Positions 53,823 to 64,000 of a stretch of DNA of 64,000 nucleotides are shown here, piece after piece. Each line of letters starts with the position of its first letter. The first letter of the stretch is position 1. Under the pieces are notes generated by a model. It worked only from the letters and a program-made list of their open reading frames with translations, was not told the DNA's origin and ran no database searches. The position numbers were made by a program, and so were the translations under genes. The DNA is from Paragordius varius (taxonomy: Eukaryota > Animalia > Nematomorpha): contig OZ176052.1 in the NCBI GenBank assembly GCA_964247055.1, forward strand, positions 8,184,001 through 8,248,000, in the 5' to 3' direction.

Positions 53823-55468
53823 TAGAGGCTAAATAAATTTTGGGTGTAAAATGAAAAATATCGAAAAATAATAGGATTTTTTATTGAACAACATTTTAAT
53901 TTTAATCTGTTTCATAAATAATTTATATCTTTTATCTTTTTTTATATAAATGGTTCAAAGATTTTAACGAAAAAATTACCTAAATATCAAATGTCATTAG
54001 TATAATTAAAAAACAATGATTATTCGCCAACATTATTATTTATGAATCCCATTATTGGGCACACTAAATGAAAAAAAGCAAAATCACATGCATGATATAA
54101 ATTTTCAATAAAAAATCGATTTCACACACAAATACATTATCACATATATTTCATTTTTTTAGTCCTATAGTATAATAGGTTTTCAGGGTCAAAATATGGA
54201 ATTTAAACAAACTAATAGATTAGACAAAATTAGCCAACCAATGATTATTATATACCTGGGGTCAACACGAATGGCTCTATGATCCGCATTTAAACCCGGA
54301 AAAATCCGTCGAAGTTCGATGAGGGCCACGTGTTTGACATTCCTTTTCTAAAGAATGAACTTTATAAAAAATTCAAAATGCTTCATTTATATACATAATA
54401 AACTATATATATTAATGGATAGATGTATCATAAGTCTCATGGTTTGGTTTTGGTCATTAGGACAAATTTAAGAGAGTTATTTATTACACTTTTGTGATAA
54501 ATGCTTCATACACAAGCAAAATTTGTGCACTCCGAAAGTCTTAAATTTTTTCGCCCTTATAAAATGGAGATAAACATTTTAAGTGTTTACTAAAATTAAA
54601 TTAACATATTTTTAAATGCGTACCTCAAAAATTTAATTTATTGCAAAATTTAATTGAAGCACATTTCATACTATTTTGAGGCTTGTGGGAAATGGTTACC
54701 ATTATTTAAGATATTATAAAAACAGTTTTTTTACATAATTTGGGGATGCTGAACAATTCTATCACCTTGAAATTTTGGTTAAAATATTTGTTGGTCTTTG
54801 AATGCTAAATATATATTGTGTTTTTGTAGAAAAATCAATGCAATTCTTAGGTGAAATAGGGTATCTTTAACTTGTTTTCTAGAAATAAGAAGAAAAAATT
54901 GATTAGATGCTAATATGGATGTATTAATTCTAAATTCATTTTGATATTCAAAAGTATTTATGATAAATTAAAAATGAAAGTTATGTTCAATAAATTAAAT
55001 AATTTTTATACATATTTTACAGTCGGTCAGCGCATGATTAAATTTTTTTTCAAAATGTAAAACTTTTCCCAGCAATTCTTTGTTTGGAATTTTAAATTCA
55101 CTAATAAACAGACAAATAAATTGATATTATAAAACAATTTATATAATTAACTTTTAAAAGCTTTTAAATCATTTTAGCAGCAAATTATTGATAGTTATTG
55201 GTTTAAAAATCAGCATCAGCTGATTGTTTCAATTAGATTTCGCAGCTATTCCAATAAACTCTGTAAGGAAAACTAAATAAAAAAAAGTATATTATCAAAT
55301 AACAGATTATATTGTTTAATATTTTAATTTTTTTAAACCACTTTTGAAATACCAGTTTATATACAAGTTTAAGCTTTAGGATCCACTAACCCATGTAATT
55401 ATCTGTAAAAAAGAATAAGTAATGAAGAGTTCAAAATAATTTATTTCAGTTAATTAAAAAAGGTTTTA

Positions 55469-55600
55469 TACCATTTAAAGTTCAAATTCACCCTAAAAAA
55501 CAATTATGTGTTTTCGAACCAATATAACATATTAATATGAAATGTACATAATTTATTTGACGATGAATTTGAATTGTTCAAAGGTGAATTTTGGTTAAGG
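55469..55600. mobile_element. Degraded copy of foldback family B; right end approximate
   Basis: TA-TACCATTTAAAGTTCAAATTCACCC left end and an inverted GAATTTGAATTGTTCAA unit at about 55565. Confidence 0.55.
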
Positions 55601-56477
55601 GTGGTTTTTCTAATTAAAATTTAATTCCTTACTTTGATAACTTTCTACCACAGATGGATTTAAAAATATAAATAAAAGTATATATATATATATATATATA
55701 TAGAGCTAAATATAAAAAGGCATCAGGCCCATAAAACATATTACTTAAAAAATATATTAAAATAATTAAAATTGTAAAAATTATCTAATTGTTTGCCGCT
55801 AAATTTTTAATATGGGCTGTTTACCACATCGCTAACAATTCTGCCAATGAAACATATTATTATGTTTAAAAAAGATTAGCTGAACTGCATAATATGTTTT
55901 GGAAGCTAATTTGGGGTATTCATTGATTTTTAGAATAGCTGTTTGTTTTGATTCTAAAGAGTAGTCCAACATTACGCCCTCAGGACATTTATTTCGACCC
56001 GCGAATAGTTTAAAAAATCAAAAATTGCGGAACTTATAAATCTTAGTAAAATTGATATTTCTTAAACAGATTATCTGAATAAGTCCATTCAATTGGCAAC
56101 GAACAATAAAAGATTGTTATGTTTGCATTTTACAGTCGTATGTTTAGATCTAACAAGTTAATGAATACTTTAGTATATATTTTAAATGCGCCCGTGTATT
56201 TTTCTGAGTCGGCCCGACGAAGATATTTGTGTTAGACATCCTTGGTCTGGACTGTAGAAAATACAATTTTTATATTTTTTTAACAAATATAACAATACCG
56301 TGGCACATTCGCTGTGACTTAGACCGGAAAATTATTCGTATAAAATTTTTGCAGTAAATAGATGGAGCGAAAAAATAAATAATATTTATCTTTATCTCAG
56401 TAAAAAGATTGGCTTTAACTGATTTCTACGGGGTTTGATTATAATCAATTATTGTCCATATTAAAACTGTCCCTTAA

Positions 56478-56981
56478 CATTTCAATACCTTTTCATTTTT
56501 TCGGTAGTTGATGACATTTTGGGGTAGTCATCTACCCCAGAATCTAAAATTAGTAAAAAAAAGTTGTATTAATTAAAATTAAATTATCAAGCCCTCTTTA
56601 CCAGCAGTAGATGTAAAAATTTAGGATTTTTACAGTTTTTCCATTTCTAGAGTCCCAAATTCAGATAGCTCCAAGACATTAAAACAAGCTGATATTAAAA
56701 TCGATAAACATCAAAAATTTGCTGGTAAATTGTAATTTAAAAGCTTTCTAAATTTAACGTAATATACATAAATAAATGGGCCTATTGTGTTGACAATTTT
56801 GAAAAATGGTAGAAAAAAATGGCGGCGCAGTTTGAGATGTTTGCATTTTTTTAAAAAAGTTTTATGTGCCTAAAAGGCGCGAGAAAAGCATATTTTTATA
56901 TCTGGCCCAATGATATAATTATTTTTTAAGATATATAATTTTAATGGCCTTGGGGCAACTACTTGAAAAGGTCATGAAGTG
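56478..56981. mobile_element. Second piggyBac-like element (504 bp) with TTAA TSD
   Basis: TTAA at 56474-56477 and 56982-56985; shares GCTGATATTAAAAT...GCTGGTAAA with about 18740-18790. Confidence 0.7.
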
Positions 56982-58171
56982 TTAATAAAGTGGATCCCAT
57001 TCATAAAGGAAAGTATGAGAGTGTGACTTTACAAATCCCACAAATGTGTTTTAAATTATATTATTTGATGGCGTATTTTACAGATCTAAAAGCGCATAAT
57101 TTTAACCCTAATATAAATTAGATCGGCAACCAATTTAAATGCTATATATACCGGAAACTTTTAAATTTTTAGGAGTATAAATTTAAAAAAGGGTGATTTT
57201 GCAAATTACAGGGATTAATTTGAAAGAGCGGCTCTACCAAGCTGAATGTATTCAAAGATAGCCAAAATTATTTTATAATATTTAAAAGTAAATTGTATTT
57301 TACAATTCTTAAAATGCAAAAAATAAGCTTAAGGGATATATAAATAATTTTAAGAAAATTTACAGATATTATAGTGATTGCATAAATTATATCTAAAACA
57401 TTATCAATTAATATCAGCTCAAGATGTATTTTGAGTGCCATTTTTGTTGATTTTGTGGGCCGCGCAAAATGTTTAAAGTGGCCGCCCGTTTGCGGGCCCC
57501 TGTTTTTACAAATTGTTCATCGGTTTTTTATTTTTATATAATAATAAATACCCGTCCAAAATTGTATTAAATTTTATTGATAATAATTTTTTTGTAACTC
57601 TTTCTAATGGCTTCGAAATATCACATTTGCTAAGATTTTGTGAGCATATTTTTGTAAATGAATTTCCAATTTTTTTGCGGGCCGGGTGTTTGACAACACT
57701 GATATAAAAGAACCTAGTGGATAATGACAATAAACCCATCCATTTAACGAATGTCCGAGTACCATGAGCTCAACAAGTAATAAAGAAAAACCGTATAACA
57801 CTTTTCTACTGTAATTTATTTATGATTTAAATTTTTTTGTACATATATATGTATATATTTATATATGATATATACTTACATATTATTATTTTTTTATCTT
57901 ATAATTGATGTTATTAGATAGAAAAAAAAGCTGTGCAAACCTCAATGGAGGATATTTTAATATTGTTTGAGTTTAGCAAGATCAGGGAAAGTTTGTTAAT
58001 CATTGAGTTGTTAATTGATATCATTTTATATACATGGAATTTTAACAAAAACAAAAATTAATTTAACCAACAGACCTTTCACCCAAATATAAATTTATTT
58101 TAATAAAATGATAAAAGATTATGTGTTTAATATATGCATAAAATGAGTATTAAATAAAATATAGTCATATA

Positions 58172-58367
58172 TCCTTTATTTTATCAAACATTTATTTTCT
58201 TTCGTTAAATGGGTATAAATATTTGTTAAAGAATGGAAAAAACAACAGCTCTATGGTATTATTTATCAAAAAAGTATAAGAATTACCATAGAGTTTTTGT
58301 TTTTCCATTATTTACCAAATATTTATACCCATTTACGAAAAAAATAAATTTTTGATAAATAAAGGAT
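58172..58367. repeat. About 196-bp palindromic element flanked by TA (probable MITE)
   Basis: Arms of about 88 bp (TCCTTTATT...CTCTATGGTA vs TACCATAGAG...AATAAAGGA) around a loop of about 20 bp. Confidence 0.7.
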
Positions 58368-59379
58368 ACATGGCGGTAAATTGGATGTCGTTCCCCTACA
58401 CAACTGAAGTTTTGCAGGTCAACTCAAGTTTTTTTATAAAAGTATTAATTTCTGAATTACCCTTAAACTCCATAATGGTAATGCCTCTTATATTGCACCC
58501 TGTATGTGGAAATCCACTTATTTCCAAAGTATAAAAAATTAAAACTTGAAATTCTTATTTTACGTTTACGTAGTTTATGATATATTTCAGTGATTTTTTG
58601 GAAATTTAGCTTTCACCAAAAAATTTAATTAAAAAAGGTGCACAAATTTTTCTTTTTTTATATGGAGCGCTCAGCAAAGTGTAAATAACTCTCTTATATT
58701 ACTCGTAAGGCCTAAACCAAAAGCACCATTATAATCCGGATATATCATCCCATCAGAATTTATCAGGATGTTATTTGTGTGTACACTGTGTATAGGGATT
58801 GATTTTAACGATGGTGATGACCTTATATAGAACTAATTTCCAAATAAAGCTTAGCTTTATTTTTACATTTTAATTAGTATCATTGTTAAATTTATATGGA
58901 CACATTTGTCAGGAAAAGGTTTTAACAATATTTTACATAAATGTTCATTTTTACACAAACATGGCTGAACAAAGGGAAAAATGTGATTCAATCGCCTGCG
59001 CTTATATAAACAAAATTTAAAATTTATATGGTCCTGAACTTTTACGGACAAATTGCTTTAGTCATATTTTTGTGAAAAGAAGCTGAATTAGAGGGCGAGC
59101 TTACTCACTATCGGCGCTATTCTTTAACAATAATAAAAATTATAGGAGATAACTTTTTTGAAACAGAGTGATTAAAACAATTGTTCCTAAAAACCATTTA
59201 CATATGTTGGATCTGGAAGAGAAACTAATTTAAAAAATGGGTTAGTTAACTTCAGGGCATTTATAAATAATAAAAAAATTATCATTAAATTTTATGGACC
59301 TACAGAATTTATAAAAAATACTTAAACATCATTATTATTTTAAAACCCTAGGTTTTACTCTAAACTAGGCTAGATTGAG

Positions 59380-59970
59380 GGGCTAATTATAAAACGGGTC
59401 TCGTTCGATCAATTGCAAAACAATAAAAAACTAGACAATTGCTACTGACTCTGCTTGCACATTTTTCAAAATCGTGTTTCAAAGCCAAAAATTAAAAATA
59501 GTTTACAGAGGCTGGGCGTAACTGAGCGACTAATCGAAGAAAAAGGCTTAGCGACTGGCGTAATTGTAAAACAATTTAAAAAATTAATGTTGAGTCAACA
59601 CGTTTTTTGGGAAAGTTCAAAACAATATTTGTTTTAAAAATTCTTTTACTTGGGCGGCTGGGGATAGGCGCTAATTAAAAAAGAAAGCTTAGTCACCTAC
59701 GGCCTTAAAAAATTAGCACTTTTAAATATGAATGTGCTTTCACGCTTTCCAAAATTTTGCTTTGACGTCAATATAATTTTAAAGCTCTTATAACTCTAAT
59801 TGGGACCAAATTGAGGTGCTATTTTAAAAAGAGCTTAGCCACTTTTGGCGCAAACTTAAAACAATAAAAACTACACTCTTAATAGTGACTGTGCCCAATG
59901 TTTTCTAAAAACATCTTTCAAACTTAAAAATTAAGGGACTTAAAAAGGGCTTAGTCACTGTTGGCGTATG
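59380..59970. repeat. Degenerate repeat tract upstream of HMGCR
   Basis: GCTTAG(T/C)(C/G)AC...GGC motif at 59546, 59687, 59833 and 59949 (spacing 141, 146, 116). Confidence 0.45.
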
Positions 59971-60258
59971 AAATAATTACATAATTTTCACTTTGGAATT
60001 GGAATGACCTTACCCGTTTTCAGCGTTTCTCAAAGCTCACATCTCTTGTTTTATTATATAGCTTGTTTAATATTTTTTAGTCAATTCTTATTTATTATCA
60101 CATTTTATACGAAATTTTACTGTCCCAGATAAAACAAACATTTCGTATAAAAAAAACGTATGAAGTGTTTAAAAATATATTTAATCAGGTGTAAAATATT
60201 ACATCTGTTTTACCAATTATGATTTTCCACTGAAAAACTTGGTGGCCAAGTCTAGGAG

Positions 60259-63200
60259 ATGTTTTCTAAATTTTTATTGGCTCATGGGCATTTTTGTGCT
60301 TCTCATCCATGGGAAGTGATATTTTCAATTTTAACTATGACAATCTGTGCTTTGTCCATGGCGATTTATGTTTCACTTGATAAAATATGTCAATGGAATA
60401 TTGAGTGCCCAGTGGTATCTGAAACTTATATATTTAAGGATGAAAAAAGTTCGGACATCATTATTTTAACATTTACCAAATGTGTTGCTATATTCTACAT
60501 CTATTTACAGTTTAAAAAGCTTAGAAAACTTGGGTCCAAATACGTGTTAGGTTAATAAACTTTTTATCTTATCTTAACGTTATCTACATATGGATTTTAT
60601 ATTTACGTTTTTATATTTTAGGCTTAGCTGGATTGTTCACCATTTTTTCCAGTTTTATTATAAGTGCCACCGTGATAAAATTGTTGCATATGGATCTGTA
60701 TTATATAAAAGAATCCATTCCCTTTTTTCTTCTTTTAATTGATTTATCAAAAGCTAGCACTCTAGGAAAATTTGCTTTGAATTATGTCAACACCGTTTTA
60801 CAGTCAAAAAATAATGGGAAAGGCGAGAATGAATTATCTAACTCAAAAAATATTAATAAAAAATTTACCAAAAATGAAAGTTTTCAATCATATTATAAGA
60901 ATTTAAAAGACTCTACTAATGAACACTATACATTTGAAGCAATTGTTCAAGAAAGTATTGCAAATAGTCTAACAGTGTTGGGTCCATCTTTTACGTTGGA
61001 TACTTTGGTAGAAATTATGGTAGTAGGAATTGGGACAATTTCGGGTAAAATATTTGTATTAAATTCTATTTAAAATCCAAATATCTAATTTTTTTGGTGA
61101 GGCCAACGGGCTGCATGCAGTTCTAAAAGTATTTTTTATGGCTCTGAAATATTTATATATTTTTTTGATATATTATATAAATCATTTGCAGCCAAAATTT
61201 ATGAAATAAGGCCCAAATATGAGAATAAATATCTGAAAATGTGACAAAAAGCGAAAATTATTATCGATATTATATGGTGTAAAACATTTTTTCGGGCCCT
61301 TCAGAGTCTCTTTTTGATCAGTACCACTAGTTGATATACCATTTACAGTTCAAATTCACCCTTGAACAATTCAAATTCACCCCAATTCAAATTCACCCTT
61401 GAACAATTCAAATTCACCCTCGAACAATTCAAATTCACCCTAAAAATAAATTATGTGTTTTCGAACTAATATAAGTCATTATTAATATAAAATTTATCTT
61501 TATGGCATATTTAATTATTTTTTTCAGTATTATTTTAATTTAAAACAAAATTTTATTTTTTAAAAATATATTAAAATATAGGTAATTTTTAATCTTAAAA
61601 AACATGTTATTTATTTGAGGGTGAATTTGAATTGTTCAAGGGTGAATTTGAATTGTTTAAGGGTGAAATTGAATTGTTTAAGGGTGAATTTGAATTGTTT
61701 TAGGGTGAATTTGAACTGTAAATGGTATAGTATCCAGAAACTTAAGTTTTCATATATTTTTATAAATTGCACAACGATAATTATGGATAATTTTTTTGTA
61801 ACAAAAATAAAGGTATTCAAACGCTAGAAGTTGCCTGCTTGTTTGGATGCATAGCGATTCTTGTCAATTATTTTCTCTTCATGTCTTTTTATCCGTCATG
61901 TTTAAGCCTGGTCATTCAGGTAATTAAATTATTTGTTTTAATCGCATTTTTACACATGGAATTTCGAAATAAAAATTCCTTTATTTCAAATTTAATAACG
62001 TTAAAAAGAATACTTTTTTATATTTTATCATTTAAACCAAAGGTGGCCAAGCCAGACTTAATGTGCGGCCTCCGAAAAAATTGAAAATACATAAAATATA
62101 AAAATATGCTCACAAAATCTTAATAAAATTGATATTACTTTAATTTCAAATAAATCCAACTGGCAAGAACTAAAAAAATTGCTATATTGTTTTTGCATTT
62201 TACAGTTTTGTGTTTTAAATCTAACTAATTTCTTATGAATGCCCATATATATTTCGAATGTAGCCCGCTAAATCATTTGTGCTGAACACCGCTAATCTAA
62301 GTAATATTGATTATTTTAATCACATATACGTATTTATATAGATATCACATTCCAATGAATTTCCTATTGAAGTTGTAAATGACGAAAATATTGAAGGCAA
62401 ATCAACGTTAGTTTGTCAAAATATGGATTCCAACCTAGATTTTAAGGCCCTACTCAAACCTAACCCTTGCGAACAAAATGTCGATTTTGACATGGATAAC
62501 AAATGCATTAAAAATATCTATAATTCCAAAACTTTGCCATTAAACAACGAAAAGCGACGTGAAAACAAATTGCTGGATGACAGCAAAATATTTAATTTTG
62601 TGTTCTTTAAATCATTATTTGATTCGTTTTCGAAATTGTTTCGCTCCGATTCGTTTTATGTCAAAACTGAATTAAACGATAGCGACCAAGAGGAAAACCT
62701 GATTGCGGATTTCAGAGATTCAAATGCTGAAAACAAATGCTTACGGCATGACTTAGAAACTTACATGCTAAACCGAAATAATCAAAAGTCGTTTGGCAAA
62801 AAGGTATGATCAGATTTAAAAAAAATATGTTAGAAGTTTTTTTAATAGTCTGCTTTGTTTAATTAAAAACTAAAAGTACTCCCATACTGACTTTCAGATT
62901 AATTAGGACCTATGAATTAGACTATTGTTAAATCCATTTTTATGGTCTTTTGTAGCCATAATATATGTATAAACAAGTTTAACCTTGAAACTGTTATGAA
63001 AACATAATTTTATAAATTTTTAGTTGCAATGATGCATAATTGATTTTTCCTGTGTATATTTTGATTAGTCATATTTTTGTACACACTGTTATTATGAAGC
63101 CTTTTTCTTCTAATTTAATAATTTAAGTGACATATAGAAGTGGTTTATTGAAAATTTTTAATTAAATTTGCATAATTTTGAGATAAATGGAAACACTTTC

Positions 63201-63734
63201 AATTACAGTTTATATTGCATGATATATAATTTTTCAATAATTTACGATGTATTGTAGGTATATGAAATTTATTTATATTAAACAATTGGTTGATAATCCA
63301 TCAACCATTTTATTTATGCGCCATTATATTGAATTCTTTGGCTATAAATATTATTTTGTGACCACTTAGAATGGTCAAATGTTGGATAATCTGCACGGTG
63401 AAATGGAACCACATTCAGATAATTTTCATGCGAATTCAAATCGTATAAATGGGAAAGAATCTTTTTTGTTGGGTAATCCCGTCATTCAACGCATTAAGGT
63501 CATCATGTCGCTCGGTTTATTGATCGTTCACATTCATTCCCGATTTTTCTTGAGTTATTACAAATCTTCGTCACATCCCATGGCCAGTAGATTGGGTTGG
63601 ACTGCAACGATACAGAAAAGACTTAATCTCTCATCATTATCCACTCACATGGATAATAACAATAATAAAATTATGATGGGGGAAGGAAAGTCTTTAACAC
63701 CTTCTGGATCACTCTTTATATTTTTGGTGACCAG
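60259..63734 (+). CDS. HMGCR: HMG-CoA reductase membrane and sterol-sensing domain, 3'-partial. Exons 60259-60550 (probably split by a 24-nt intron at 60415-60438), 60622-61044, 61813-61919, 62342-62803, 63370-63734; catalytic domain lies beyond the window
   Basis: [78 protein letters not shown] and [19 protein letters not shown] match animal HMGCR. Confidence 0.93.
61337..61727. mobile_element. Foldback family B copy (391 bp) in an HMGCR intron, about 4-5 units per arm
   Basis: TA-TACCATTTACAGTTCAAATTCACCC ... GGGTGAATTTGAACTGTAAATGGTA-TA. Confidence 0.8.
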
Positions 63735-64000
63735 GTGAAATAATTTTTATGCCATTACAGTCTCGTTAATATATTGGTATACGTTTACTCTTTTTTGTAA
63801 CGGAGTAAAATAATTGTATAATGATGGTAAAAAATAGAAGCAATTATGGTTCTATCTCAATATTAATTACTTTTACTTATAAATTATTTCCATGATCAAA
63901 TAATTTTTAACTAATTACGGTTTTTATGGTGAACAGTAAAAATACAAATATGGTTTCATATAGTATATTTTCAGTAAATAATGTTAAAGGGAATGATTTA

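Noticed and set aside
59970-60258. Sterol regulatory element in the HMGCR proximal promoter
   Set aside because: No ATCACCCCAC-like site seen; the TSS is unknown.
60785-60802. 18-nt GTCAAC...TTTTACAG in HMGCR exon 2 as an intron
   Set aside because: Weak donor, shorter than every supported micro-intron, and it does not explain the insertion.
61611-61827. ORFs with RVNLNCL / FTLKQFK repeats
   Set aside because: Translations of the family B 21-bp array inside an HMGCR intron.

Overview
Very AT-rich eukaryotic (animal-type) genomic DNA; no prokaryotic features, rRNA, tRNA or CRISPR recognised. Five host genes were reconstructed by hand, with exon phases checked: Rab11 (minus, runs off the left edge), a 17-exon Pumilio (13330-32807, about 1755 aa), CLPTM1 (42621-47471, about 693 aa), an intronless divergent rhodopsin-like GPCR (minus) and the membrane half of HMG-CoA reductase (runs off the right edge). 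Much of the remaining sequence is decayed and often nested transposons: an RTE LINE, two hAT elements with exact 8-bp TSDs, two related Helitrons, TTAA-, TA- and 8-bp-TSD MITEs, and foldback elements built from 21-bp repeats. The strongest signal is a discrete class of 21-26-nt GT-AG introns: 4 in Rab11, 3 in CLPTM1, and a probable eighth hidden in-frame in HMGCR. In Rab11 they sit mostly at ancestral positions. They coexist with ordinary 62-5806-nt introns, and no intron of 27-61 nt was found. The organism cannot be determined from the sequence; reduced or parasitic invertebrate lineages are candidates to test (inference only). Comparisons with human or fly proteins are from memory and need alignment.
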